A DNA stretch of 64,000 bases from an uncultured Candidatus Saccharibacteria bacterium (GTDB lineage: Bacteria; Patescibacteriota; Minisyncoccia; Phycocordibacterales; VMEP01), in NCBI GenBank assembly GCA_964579635.1, contig CAZOFV010000001.1, positions 5,622 to 69,621 on the forward strand. Direction: 5' to 3'. Made by a program: the position numbers and the translations under genes. Below, one piece after another: positions 16,211 through 25,997 of the stretch (within the stretch, counting starts at the first letter, position 1; every line of letters starts with the position of its first letter). Under the pieces are notes generated by a model. The model ran no database searches, had not been told where the DNA came from, and worked only from the letters and a program-made list of their open reading frames with translations.

Positions 16211-18754
16211 TTGCGTGGTATGCTTAATTTTATGAAAAGACTCTATCGTAGTTATAAAACAGCCCGTAAACACACCTTAAGAAGCCTTCTTATTGTGCTG
16301 TTTATTGTTGGTGGTTTGTTGTTTTTATGGCTTTCCCAATTTCGCCTTCCAGACTTTAATTCTTTCGAGGAAAGAAAGGTGTCTAATTCAACAAAAATAT
16401 ACGACCGAACTGGAAAAATTCTTTTATATGACGTTCACCAAGGAGTACGTAGAACATCCGTCCCTTGGGGTGAAATCAGTGTTTTTGCTAAAAATGCAAC
16501 AGTTGCAATTGAAGATTCCGAGTTTTATGAACACCATGGGATTAAACCAACAGCTATCCTAAGAGCGGTTTTAGTAAATATATTTTCTGGCAGTTATTCA
16601 CAAGGTGGCTCAACAATAACTCAACAAGTTGTGAAAAACGCCATCCTCACACCAGACAAAAGTATTTCTCGTAAAATAAAGGAGTGGGTTTTGTCTTTAA
16701 AACTAGAAAACGCTATGAGTAAGGAGGATATTCTTTCAATTTATTTGAACGAGGCTCCTTATGGTGGAAATATTTACGGCATTGAAGAAGCAAGTAAACT
16801 ATACTTCGGAGTAAGTGCAAAAGATTTAACCTTGGCTCAATCGGCGTACCTTGCAGCTCTTCCACAAGCTCCAACATTTTATTCCCCATACGGAAACAAT
16901 AAGGAAAGATTAGAAAATAGAAAAAATTATGTCCTAAAAAGAATGCTTGATTTAGGTTTTATTAAACAAGAAGAGTATGACAATGCAAAAAACGAAAGTG
17001 TTACTTTTCTACCAAATACGGGTAACAACGCAAAAGCAATGCATTTTGTTTTTTTCATCAGAGAATATTTAGAGCAAAAATACGGACTTGATGCGCTAGA
17101 ATCTGGCGGTTTAAAAATAACAACAACCCTTGATTACGACCTACAAAGCAAAGCTGAAGAAATCGTTAAAAAAACAGCTCTTGTTAATGAAAAAAGTTTC
17201 AACGCAACAAACGCAAGCTTAGTAGCAATTGATCCAAAAACAGGGCAAATCCTTGTTATGGTTGGGTCTCGTGATTATTTCGATAAAGAAATAGATGGGA
17301 ATTTTAATATTGCTATTGCAGAAAGACAGCCTGGTTCTTCATTTAAGCCTTTTGTTTATGCTACAGCATTTATGAAAGGTTACACCCCAGACACAGTTCT
17401 TTTTGACCTAAAAACTGAGTTTCAAACAACATGTACAGCAGACGGTAGACCTCTTCCTGGGACAAAAGCGGAAGATTGTTACCAACCAGAAAACTTTGAT
17501 GGTAAATATTTTGGACCAATGACTATCAGGGAGGCCCTTGCTCAATCAAGAAACATACCAGCTGTTAAAGCTGTTTATCTTGCTGGTGTACAAGATTCTA
17601 TAAACACGGCGAGAATTATGGGAATAAAAAGCCTAGCCAATGATTCTAGTAGGTATGGCCTTACTCTTGTTTTGGGTGGCGGTGAAGTTTCTTTGCTTGA
17701 TATGACTAGTGGTTATTCTGTTTTTGCAAATGGTGGTGTTAGAAACCCATACCAAAGTATTCTAAAAATAGAAGATGTGGAAGGTAAGATACTTGAGGAG
17801 TTTAAAGAAAACGGTAGTGCTGTGATACCAAAAGATATTGCGCTTCAAATATCAGATATTTTATCAGACAACAAAGCTCGAGCTCCAGAGTTTGGGGAAC
17901 ATTCTGCTTTATATGTAGAAGGACATGGTGACGTAGCGTCCAAAACGGGTACTACAAACGATTACCGTGATGCTTGGATACTCGGATATACTCCATCGCT
18001 TGCCGTTGGAGCATGGGCTGGAAACAACGACAATAGCCCTATGCAAAAAAAGATTGCTGGTTTTATTGTCGCACCAATGTGGCATGAGTTTATGATGTAT
18101 GCTCTTGCCTCTTCAACTCCAGAAAGATTTGAGAAACCAAAACCAGTTGACCCTTCTTTAAAACCAACCTTGCGTGGGGTTTGGCAAGGTGGTGAAGTTT
18201 TTGTAATTGATAAAATTTCTGGGAAACTAGCGACCCAATACACACCAAATGAAACAAAAGAAGAACGAGTTATAAAAGACATTCATTCTATTCTTTATTG
18301 GGTTTCAAAAAACGACCCTAAAGGAGAATCTCCAAAAAACCCAGAAAACGATCCTCAGTTTAGACTTTGGGAACCACCAATTTTAAAATGGGCTGAAAAA
18401 AACCCTACGTTAGTTACAGGTTATGACATATCCTCAATTCCAAAAGAATACGATAATGTTCATATTCCTGAGAATATGCCTGTTGTTGAAATAATAGAGC
18501 CATCTATATCAAAAATATATAAAGCTGGTGAAAAAATAAAACCAGAAATACGAGTTTCTTCCAAGTATAATATTACTAGGGTAGATTATTTCCTAAACAA
18601 CTCTTTCCTTGGCACATCTTCAAGTATTTTTAATTTCTCTTTTACCCCACAGCAATCTGATTTAAACTCAGGAAGTAACACATTTAAAGTTGTTGTTTAC
18701 GATTCTGTTTTTAATAAAACAACAAAATCATTAGATTTTAATATTAACCTCTAG
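16211..18754 (+). CDS. Class A penicillin-binding protein (transglycosylase plus transpeptidase; PBP1A-like) with a C-terminal extension
   Basis: GT51 motifs EDSEFYEHHGI and GGSTITQQ. Transpeptidase SxxK/SxN region. Confidence 0.85.
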   Translation: MRGMLNFMKRLYRSYKTARKHTLRSLLIVLFIVGGLLFLWLSQFRLPDFNSFEERKVSNSTKIYDRTGKILLYDVHQGVRRTSVPWGEISVFAKNATVAIEDSEFYEHHGIKPTAILRAVLVNIFSGSYSQGGSTITQQVVKNAILTPDKSISRKIKEWVLSLKLENAMSKEDILSIYLNEAPYGGNIYGIEEASKLYFGVSAKDLTLAQSAYLAALPQAPTFYSPYGNNKERLENRKNYVLKRMLDLGFIKQEEYDNAKNESVTFLPNTGNNAKAMHFVFFIREYLEQKYGLDALESGGLKITTTLDYDLQSKAEEIVKKTALVNEKSFNATNASLVAIDPKTGQILVMVGSRDYFDKEIDGNFNIAIAERQPGSSFKPFVYATAFMKGYTPDTVLFDLKTEFQTTCTADGRPLPGTKAEDCYQPENFDGKYFGPMTIREALAQSRNIPAVKAVYLAGVQDSINTARIMGIKSLANDSSRYGLTLVLGGGEVSLLDMTSGYSVFANGGVRNPYQSILKIEDVEGKILEEFKENGSAVIPKDIALQISDILSDNKARAPEFGEHSALYVEGHGDVASKTGTTNDYRDAWILGYTPSLAVGAWAGNNDNSPMQKKIAGFIVAPMWHEFMMYALASSTPERFEKPKPVDPSLKPTLRGVWQGGEVFVIDKISGKLATQYTPNETKEERVIKDIHSILYWVSKNDPKGESPKNPENDPQFRLWEPPILKWAEKNPTLVTGYDISSIPKEYDNVHIPENMPVVEIIEPSISKIYKAGEKIKPEIRVSSKYNITRVDYFLNNSFLGTSSSIFNFSFTPQQSDLNSGSNTFKVVVYDSVFNKTTKSLDFNINL

Positions 18755-19014
18755 TTAATATCTTTAATTGAATCTGACCCAAGTTCTTTTTGTATTAATT
18801 CAAGTATTTTTATTTTTTTTATATAAATACTATTTTTCTCTTTTGAATTACAAGTAATAGTTATTATTTTTTTGTTTATTTTTATATTTTTTCTATCTAA
18901 AACAATATTGGTTTCTTTTTTTATAATACTAATTATTAAATCAATAATAATTTCTTTTTCTAAGATAGTTTTTTTTATTTTATCAAAAAATGAACCAAGG
19001 TTATTTAAATTCAT
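18751..19014 (-). CDS. Possible DciA/DUF721-like small protein downstream of dnaN
   Basis: Position after dnaN. Pattern KKIITITCNSKEKNSIYIKKIKILELI resembles DUF721. Very AT-rich, so weak. Confidence 0.3.
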   Translation of the reverse strand: MNLNNLGSFFDKIKKTILEKEIIIDLIISIIKKETNIVLDRKNIKINKKIITITCNSKEKNSIYIKKIKILELIQKELGSDSIKDIN

Positions 19015-19015
19015 T

Positions 19016-20116
19016 TTATCTATTCATTGGCATTACAAGGTAGAGGAAGGAGCTATCTGAAACATTTTTAATAATTAACGGTTTAGAATTACCATTAAAC
19101 TGTAAAACTAAACTATCTTGAGTAATAGACTGAAAACAATCAAAGATATATCGATAATTAAAACTAACCTCTACATCTTCCCCTGAAATAGCTGCTTCAA
19201 TATTGGTGTTTGTTTCACCAACATCTTGGTTTTTTGTTTTTATTTTTAATTGCTTTGTTTTTGGAGATACTAAAAATGTAATTTGGTTAAATTTATCAAG
19301 AAAAGTGTTACTTAATTTAAAAGCATTAATGATATCTTGTTTTAAAACAACAACTTCTGTTTTTTTCTCTTTAGGGATTATTTGTTGATAGTCAGGGAAA
19401 ATTCCGTCTATTAATCTTGATGTTATATAAACCCCATCAAAAGAAATGGATATTTGGTTTTTTGTTGTTTTAATCGAGAGTAGACCATCTGTGTTTTCAG
19501 TAATCTTTATAATTTCTACAATATTTTTAAAAGGAATAATAATTCCATTAAAATCATTAATGGTTTTTGTTTTTATTTTTTTCTCAGCTAAACGAAATGA
19601 GTCTGTGGCAACAAAAACTAATTCATTATTATTTTGATAAATATAAACACTAGCTATTTCTGGTTTTATTTCTGTTGCCGCAGCGCTGTAAAAAACTGAT
19701 TTTACCCCTTGGTTAAAAATTTTTGACTCTATTTCAAAAGAATTTCCCGTAGAAATTGATGGAATTGTTGGAAAATCATTATATGGGTAACATTTTATTA
19801 TTGTTTTATTATTGTTTGTTGTAACTACTATATTTTCATTTACTTCTTCTAAAACAACATTTTTCTCATTTTGAATACCAGATAAAAAATTATTTAAAAC
19901 ACTACCTTTAATAGCTAATATTCCCTCTTTCTCTATTTTTGCTGGTATTTCTATTTCTACACCTAAATCAAGATTTGTTGATCTTATTTTTAAAGTTTTA
20001 CCATTCGCAATTAAAAGGACACAACTTAAAACATTTAGTGTTAAATTTTTACCAGTAATTTTTTCTGCAATTGAAATTGCATTTTTAATTTTTTCAACTA
20101 AGCATTCTATCTTCAT
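19016..20116 (-). CDS. dnaN: DNA polymerase III beta sliding clamp
   Basis: Three-domain ~366-aa protein immediately downstream of dnaA. The N-terminus is typical of DnaN. Confidence 0.9.
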   Translation of the reverse strand: MKIECLVEKIKNAISIAEKITGKNLTLNVLSCVLLIANGKTLKIRSTNLDLGVEIEIPAKIEKEGILAIKGSVLNNFLSGIQNEKNVVLEEVNENIVVTTNNNKTIIKCYPYNDFPTIPSISTGNSFEIESKIFNQGVKSVFYSAAATEIKPEIASVYIYQNNNELVFVATDSFRLAEKKIKTKTINDFNGIIIPFKNIVEIIKITENTDGLLSIKTTKNQISISFDGVYITSRLIDGIFPDYQQIIPKEKKTEVVVLKQDIINAFKLSNTFLDKFNQITFLVSPKTKQLKIKTKNQDVGETNTNIEAAISGEDVEVSFNYRYIFDCFQSITQDSLVLQFNGNSKPLIIKNVSDSSFLYLVMPMNR

Positions 20117-20348
20117 AGTATTTATATAAAAGAATTATGATTATGATAATAGAACTGTTTATATGTGGATAAGTTTAAAAAAGATATATTTAATAAACTT
20201 ATTTTAATACCTTTAAATATATTTATATTGTTAATAAATAAATAATTAAAAATAACAACTTTCCGTTTTATTTTTAAAACACCTATTTTTATGTTTTTTA
20301 TTAACTTCATATTGTTTACTTATCAACAACTTTTCCTTAAGTTAAGAA
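20117..20348. promoter_or_regulatory. Candidate oriC / DNA-unwinding region in the dnaN-dnaA spacer, with a perfect DnaA box TGTGGATAA at 20164-20172 and a near-box TTATCAACA at 20319-20327
   Basis: Very AT-rich 230-bp spacer between dnaA and dnaN, plus a consensus DnaA box. Confidence 0.4.
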
Positions 20349-21698
20349 TTAAAACAAAGCCTTAATTTGTTCTAATTCTTGAAGTAAAGAATTATCTGTT
20401 TTAATCTCTTTTTTAATTTTTTCACAAGAATGAATAACAGTTGTATGGTCTCGGCCACCCATTTTTTGTCCGATAGACGGATAAGAAATATCAAATTCTT
20501 CTCTTAATATATACATAGCAACCTGTCTTGGTTTAACAACATCTTTTCTTCTTGTTTTTTCATAAACACTACCTTCTTCAATGTTATAAAAATCAGCTAT
20601 TATTTTAACAACATCTTTTACCGCCATATTTTTCTTTGGTTTTATGTTGTTTTTTAATAGATTTTTTATTTCATATAAAGAAAGATCTTTGTTTTTTAGT
20701 TTTGTATGACAAATAACCAAGTTTAAAGCACCCTCAAGTTCCCTTATGTTTCCTTGAATAAGAGAAGCAATATATTGCATAACTTCGTCAGGTGGGTAGA
20801 AATTATTTTCCTTTGCTTTAGCTGACAAAATAGAAAGTCTCGATTCATATTCTGGTTGACCAACATCAACAGTCATTCCTGCTCCAAAACGTGATTTTAA
20901 GCGTTCTTCTAGGTTTGGAATAAAGTTTGGGTGCACGTCGGAAGAAAAAATAATTTGTTTATTGTTGTCGTAGAAAGCATTAAAAAGATGAAATAATTCT
21001 TCTTGGGTTTTATCTTTGTTTGATAGGAACTGAACATCATCAACAATAAGAACGTCGTATTTTCGATACTTCTCTTTAAATGCTGGAATTTTATTTGCTT
21101 GCATTGATGTAACAAAATCAACTGAAAATTTTTCAGATGTTGTATAGAAAACTTTACGGTTATTATGTTTTGTTTTTAGTGTGTTCCCTACCGATTGGAT
21201 AAGGTGTGTTTTTCCTAAACCAGTACGACCATAAATAAAAAGAGGGTTATAAGCTGTTCCAGGTTTTTCTAAAACTGCTTGGGCTGCGCTGTAGGCGAGT
21301 TCATTAAACGAACCAATAACAAATGAATCAAAAGTATAGCGTGGGTTTAGATTGTCTTCTTTGTTTATATACAAATCTGCAAGTGGAAGTTCACGGAGAA
21401 GTGGTGATTTTGAAAAATCAGCACTAATTGTTTTTGGTTTTTCGCCAATATTTTTTACAACAATATACTCAACTCCTCTAACGTACTCAGAAAGATCACG
21501 CATTTTTTGCAAAATAAATTTGTGATATTTATTAAAAATCCAATCCTTAACAAATTCATTTGGAACTCCAACGAAAATAATACCCCCCTCTTCTTTTACA
21601 ATGTCTGTGTTTTTAAACCAAGTACTAAAATTTGCTTTTGAAACATGAAGCTCTACTTCAAGAAGTGTGTTTGTCCAAAGGTTTTTTAGGTCGAGCAT
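20349..21698 (-). CDS. dnaA: Chromosomal replication initiator DnaA
   Basis: AAA+ Walker A GRTGLGKTHL, sensor motifs, and a C-terminal DNA-binding HTH (SIGQKMGGRDHTTVIH). Start moved to the internal MLDLKNLW. Confidence 0.95.
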   Translation of the reverse strand: MLDLKNLWTNTLLEVELHVSKANFSTWFKNTDIVKEEGGIIFVGVPNEFVKDWIFNKYHKFILQKMRDLSEYVRGVEYIVVKNIGEKPKTISADFSKSPLLRELPLADLYINKEDNLNPRYTFDSFVIGSFNELAYSAAQAVLEKPGTAYNPLFIYGRTGLGKTHLIQSVGNTLKTKHNNRKVFYTTSEKFSVDFVTSMQANKIPAFKEKYRKYDVLIVDDVQFLSNKDKTQEELFHLFNAFYDNNKQIIFSSDVHPNFIPNLEERLKSRFGAGMTVDVGQPEYESRLSILSAKAKENNFYPPDEVMQYIASLIQGNIRELEGALNLVICHTKLKNKDLSLYEIKNLLKNNIKPKKNMAVKDVVKIIADFYNIEEGSVYEKTRRKDVVKPRQVAMYILREEFDISYPSIGQKMGGRDHTTVIHSCEKIKKEIKTDNSLLQELEQIKALF

Positions 21699-21853
21699 AA
21701 AAGAGATGTTTGTTTGAGGTATTATAATGTGTAAAACCAAAAATGGAACGTGACAAAAAAACACTTTTATGTTAATAAGGTGTTAACAAGTTGGTGATTC
21801 TAAAAACTAGAACACATTTGTTTTGTCTTTAGTGGTAATCTATAATCAATCTT

Positions 21854-21991
21854 ATGTCACAAACATATCAGCCCAAAAAAAGAAAAAGAGCTAAATCTCA
21901 CGGTTTTTTAGCTAGAACAGCAACAAAAGGTGGAAAGAAGGTAATAAAAAGAAGAGCTCAAAAAGGAAGAAAAAAGCTTACTACTGTTTAA
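21854..21991 (+). CDS. rpmH: 50S ribosomal protein L34
   Basis: 45-aa [48 protein letters not shown]. Not in the ORF track because it is under 60 aa. Confidence 0.85.
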   Translation: MSQTYQPKKRKRAKSHGFLARTATKGGKKVIKRRAQKGRKKLTTV

Positions 21992-22004
21992 CTAAAAACA
22001 AAAA

Positions 22005-22352
22005 ATGCTCGCCAAAAAAAGGAGGGTAAAAACAAAAGATTTTAACCTAGCTTTTTCTAGTATTAAATCAAAAAACTACATATCCCCATTTTTTTCTATA
22101 AAAGTTGTTTTTAGTGGGGATGCTACTAAAAAAACAATATTTTCCTGTGTGGTTTCAAAGAAGGTTGCTAACACCGCTGTTTTAAGAAATAAAACAAGGC
22201 GTAGAATCTACGAAATAATAAAAAAAGTATTACCTACTGTTAAAAATGGCTACACTTGCTTAGTTTTTGTAAAAAAAGAAGCAATAACCACTGATTTTTC
22301 AACACTTAAGGATGATTTTAACCAATTACTTAAAAAAGCGGGTGTTGTATGA
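22005..22352 (+). CDS. rnpA: RNase P protein component
   Basis: Basic 115-aa protein following rpmH. Contains the RRRIYEIIKK-type RNR motif. Confidence 0.85.
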   Translation: MLAKKRRVKTKDFNLAFSSIKSKNYISPFFSIKVVFSGDATKKTIFSCVVSKKVANTAVLRNKTRRRIYEIIKKVLPTVKNGYTCLVFVKKEAITTDFSTLKDDFNQLLKKAGVV

Positions 22353-22597
22353 AAAAGGTGTTAATTTATATAATTCGTTTATATCAAAAGTATTTATCTC
22401 CAGATCAAGGAGTTTTTTCCTTTTTTATAAGACAACCAAGCTGTATTTTTTACCCAACTTGTTCAAATTATTTTGTTATAGCGCTTGAAAAACATGGGTT
22501 TTTAAGAGGTTCCTGGCTTTTTTTAAGAAGAATAATACGTTGTCATCCTGGAGCGGAGATTAAAATAGATCATGTTCCGGAAGATGTTGCTAAATAA
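22349..22597 (+). CDS. yidD: Membrane protein insertion efficiency factor YidD
   Basis: Motifs YQKYLSP...CIFYPTCSNY and CHPGAE. Confidence 0.8.
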   Translation: MKKVLIYIIRLYQKYLSPDQGVFSFFIRQPSCIFYPTCSNYFVIALEKHGFLRGSWLFLRRIIRCHPGAEIKIDHVPEDVAK

Positions 22598-22622
22598 CAC
22601 AGATTGGTCGTAGAATAGGGTT

Positions 22623-23363
22623 ATGTCTTACCTTTGGGAAGTTTTAATTCATCAGCCGTTGTACAACGGTCTTGTTTTTTTAATTGATGTTATTCCTGGT
22701 GGAAATGTTGCTTTCGCAATTATCATTCTTACTTTGGTTGTTAAGTTAATTCTCTTTCCTCTAACAAAAAAATCAATTAGAACACAGGTTTTGATGAGAA
22801 AACTTGAACCAGAACTTGTTTTAATAAAAGAAAAAATAAAAAACAAAGAAGAACAAGCACGAAAAACAATGGAGCTTTATAAAAAGCACAATGTTAATCC
22901 TTTTTCTAGTTGTTTGATTGCCATTATTCAGGTTTTTATAGCTATCGGACTTTACCGAGTTTTGTCTGCTGGGATTGTTTTGGATCAAGACTCTTTGTAT
23001 TCGTTTGTTGTTTTTCCTGAAATTATAAATTCCATATTCTTAGGATTAATTGATACACATGCACCTAGCTACATACTTGCCGGCTTAGCTGCTATCTCCC
23101 AATATTTTTTGGTGGCACTTTTGCCAGCACCACAACAAGGAGATGGTAAAAAACCCCCAACTTTTCAAGAAGACCTAGCAAAAAACATGTACATGCAAAT
23201 GAAATATGTTTTACCTTTTGTTATTTTTGTTATCGCGGTCACTTTCCCAGCGGCAATCTCTCTTTATTGGTTTGTTAGCAACCTCTTTTCTATCGGACAA
23301 GAAATTGTTATAAGAAAAGGAATGGAAAAATATGATATAAAAAATCCACAGGCTATTGCTTAA
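22623..23363 (+). CDS. yidC: YidC/Oxa1-family membrane insertase (short form)
   Basis: Five-TM 60-kDa-inner-membrane-protein core. Gene order rnpA-yidD-yidC. Confidence 0.85.
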   Translation: MSYLWEVLIHQPLYNGLVFLIDVIPGGNVAFAIIILTLVVKLILFPLTKKSIRTQVLMRKLEPELVLIKEKIKNKEEQARKTMELYKKHNVNPFSSCLIAIIQVFIAIGLYRVLSAGIVLDQDSLYSFVVFPEIINSIFLGLIDTHAPSYILAGLAAISQYFLVALLPAPQQGDGKKPPTFQEDLAKNMYMQMKYVLPFVIFVIAVTFPAAISLYWFVSNLFSIGQEIVIRKGMEKYDIKNPQAIA

Positions 23364-23372
23364 GTAATAAAA

Positions 23373-23861
23373 ATGAAAACAGAAGATATTAAAAAAATAA
23401 TAGAAGAGATCCTCGGTAAACTAACAACTTCTTTTGAAGAAGTGGAGATTAAGAAATTAGAGGATGGGTCTTATGTTTTTTTAATAAAAACAAATGAAAC
23501 TGATTTTCTTGTTGGGAAAGACGGCACTTCCCTGCTCTCCTTAAACCACATTGTTAAAAGAATTTTTGATCAAAAATTAATCAAAGATAAAATCGAAGCC
23601 CCATTTTCTTTTGTTGTTGATGTTAATGGTTATCAGCAAAAAAAGATTGATGAGATAAAAAATAAAGCAAAAATGATGGTTGAGAGAGCTCGATTTTTTA
23701 AGTCTAGCGTTGAGCTTGAGCCAATGTCTTCATATGAAAGAATGATTGTTCATAATTTTTTAAAAACAGTGCCAGACATTAAGACGGAATCCATTGGAAC
23801 CGGTTCAGAAAGAAGGGTTGTCGTTAAGTATAAAGAGGCACCAGATATCGCCTCTCTTTAA
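23373..23861 (+). CDS. Jag/KhpB-like RNA-binding protein (KH plus R3H)
   Basis: C-terminal R3H-like SYERMIVHNFL. Position after yidC. Confidence 0.7.
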   Translation: MKTEDIKKIIEEILGKLTTSFEEVEIKKLEDGSYVFLIKTNETDFLVGKDGTSLLSLNHIVKRIFDQKLIKDKIEAPFSFVVDVNGYQQKKIDEIKNKAKMMVERARFFKSSVELEPMSSYERMIVHNFLKTVPDIKTESIGTGSERRVVVKYKEAPDIASL

Positions 23862-23879
23862 GGCCTTTTTAGCTCTAAT

Positions 23880-25121
23880 CTAGAGAGACAAAAGCCAGAG
23901 CGAGTTGTCGGTTTTATTTAAGAAAACTAATTTGTTACCCGTTTTGTTTATTTGTAGAGAAATTGCATCTATTTGTTCCCTTGAAGTTTCCCTTAAGTTT
24001 ATGATTTGGTCGGTAGCTCCAGATTCAGTGTCTATTTTCCAGATAATATCAGAGAAACTAATTAATCCTTGATACCAAGAGTCTGGATAACCATCGGCGG
24101 TTCTTGGTGTTGATTCTGGTATGGCGCAATAAGCATCGATATTATTTTGATACCAAACACATTTTTCAGAAAGTGTTGCTAGTCCAAATGAGTATGAATT
24201 CTTTGTTTTTCGTAAAAAGAGAGATAAAGATAAACCGTTTTCCGCATTTTCCGAGAAAATTACTTTATTGCCATCTGGTGAAACTAACGTAGTTAGCCCA
24301 TATTTTTTACCAATAAGTTTTACTAAGGAAGGATTCTTTGTGGTAATAAAATAATCAAAACCAAAAATAGAAGCAGATGGTTTTGTGTTTAATGAAATTA
24401 AATCATCCTGTGCCCATTGAGGAAGCCATTCCGTGAAAGAAGATTGAAACACTTGAGATTTTTTTGAGCCGTCAAACAAAGAGATTGTTCCAATAGACGA
24501 GTTGTCGTATTTAGATAGTGTAAATATTTTTAATTTGTCCGGCGAAACAGCTATTTGTTCAATATTTTCATCAAGAAAATTTCCAATAATAGCCCCCTCA
24601 TCTGTACTCGTTGCTTTCAATGTAATTTTTCCAGAATATGTTTTGATTGTTTCTGTGTCTTCGTCTAAATACCTAAATAAAACTTGCTCTCCTTTGTCGG
24701 AAAAAATAGCCTCATGTATTTTGGGAATAGTCGTATTGCTTACTCTTTTTTTCTCTAAGCTATCAGTATTTACATCATGAATATGGCCAGTTCCTTTTTC
24801 CGCATAGCGAACAATCGTTGAACTGCCTTTTTCAAAGACGATAAATCCAGCTGTTGGGGTATCGGTTAGCTTTAAGAGTTTAGCTTTTTTTTGTTGCTCA
24901 CTGTTTTGACTAGATGTTGTTTTGGTTGAACCACTATCTCCTTCCTCATTTGAGCCATTACCGCTCGTTGATTTTGGGTCAAAAATACCAAAAGGTGAAA
25001 AGTTGTCGATGTTTTCTATATTTGATAACCCTGTTTTTTGGGTTAAGAAAAACCAACCCGCTAAAGCAAAGGCTACTAGGACTAAAGAGAGAATTATTGC
25101 GAGTGTTGTTTTTGTAGACAT
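23880..25121 (-). CDS. Bitopic membrane-anchored protein with a probable beta-propeller ectodomain; hypothetical, first gene of the T4SS-like block by position
   Basis: N-terminal TM segment, Ser-rich linker, and TolB/WD-like segments (VSPDGNKVIF). Confidence 0.45.
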   Translation of the reverse strand: MSTKTTLAIILSLVLVAFALAGWFFLTQKTGLSNIENIDNFSPFGIFDPKSTSGNGSNEEGDSGSTKTTSSQNSEQQKKAKLLKLTDTPTAGFIVFEKGSSTIVRYAEKGTGHIHDVNTDSLEKKRVSNTTIPKIHEAIFSDKGEQVLFRYLDEDTETIKTYSGKITLKATSTDEGAIIGNFLDENIEQIAVSPDKLKIFTLSKYDNSSIGTISLFDGSKKSQVFQSSFTEWLPQWAQDDLISLNTKPSASIFGFDYFITTKNPSLVKLIGKKYGLTTLVSPDGNKVIFSENAENGLSLSLFLRKTKNSYSFGLATLSEKCVWYQNNIDAYCAIPESTPRTADGYPDSWYQGLISFSDIIWKIDTESGATDQIINLRETSREQIDAISLQINKTGNKLVFLNKTDNSLWLLSL

Positions 25122-25126
25122 TTTAT

Positions 25127-25996
25127 TTAATATTCTACATGAAAATGAGCAGCACTTATTTCAGGTACAGCTCGTACACAAGTTACACCACCGTTTGCAA
25201 GGGAGTCTTTTTCTGCGGCTGTTTTTACTTCATAAAAAGGTTTTAACCCGACTTTTCTTGCTGCCACACAGAGTGCGTTTATGTTTTCTGTGGATTTGTT
25301 CACCCCAGCAATTAAATTCATATCCACACAACCACCATCGTTATGACATGAACTTTTGTGTGGATATGTTGGTGGATATGCCTCGGTAATTTGCCAAGCA
25401 ATACTACTTACGGAAGGTGAGTTTTTTAACATGATGAGGTTTTCAATAATTTTTTTGTTTGCTCTACATGTTTTTGAGCCACATGCACCGGCTTTTGTTT
25501 TTAGTTCCGGCGGAATAAAAGTACAATCAATACAGGCTTTTTCTGGAATTACTCCAGTAGAACTACGGCTCGGACTAGTACTTGTTGTGGCACTAGTCGT
25601 AGTAATAGATACTACTTTTGTTTGGGGAATCTCTAACTTAAGGCTGACAATATCTGGGTTGATTGTGTATAGAAAAACATAAACCCCAAGAGCTAAAATT
25701 AGCCCTAATATAGCTCCTTCGATTTTTGATTTAGCATCACCTAGTTTAAACGGTGATTCACTAGCCATATATTGAATTCCACCAATAACAATTTGAATAA
25801 CAGCGAGTCCTGCGGCTACTCCGATACCAATTTTAAAAACAAGATTGAGATATTCAGAAAAAGATTTACTTCCAGTTGTGTTGTAGGTGTTGTTGTAGAC
25901 ACTAGGTTCAAGCAGTGTGTATTCTTTTTGGGCAGAAACAAAAACAGGCAATACTGTAAACAGAAAAACTAGTGTAGTTAAAAAAATTTTTTTCAT
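25127..25996 (-). CDS. VirB2/TrbC-like pilin N-terminal module fused to a Ser/Thr linker and a C-terminal 8-Cys domain, possibly a LAS/M15-like zinc hydrolase
   Basis: Signal peptide plus two hydrophobic helices in the pilin-like hairpin. The C-terminus carries SCHNDGGCVD (an S.H..G.A.D-like motif) and AAHFHVEY. Confidence 0.5.
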   Translation of the reverse strand: MKKIFLTTLVFLFTVLPVFVSAQKEYTLLEPSVYNNTYNTTGSKSFSEYLNLVFKIGIGVAAGLAVIQIVIGGIQYMASESPFKLGDAKSKIEGAILGLILALGVYVFLYTINPDIVSLKLEIPQTKVVSITTTSATTSTSPSRSSTGVIPEKACIDCTFIPPELKTKAGACGSKTCRANKKIIENLIMLKNSPSVSSIAWQITEAYPPTYPHKSSCHNDGGCVDMNLIAGVNKSTENINALCVAARKVGLKPFYEVKTAAEKDSLANGGVTCVRAVPEISAAHFHVEY

Positions 25997-25997
25997 A

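Noticed and set aside
18872-19637. Plus-strand ORFs antisense to dnaN and to the DciA-like ORF (18872..19060, 19203..19388, 19446..19637)
   Set aside because: They are antisense to dnaN, with AT-rich low-complexity translations.
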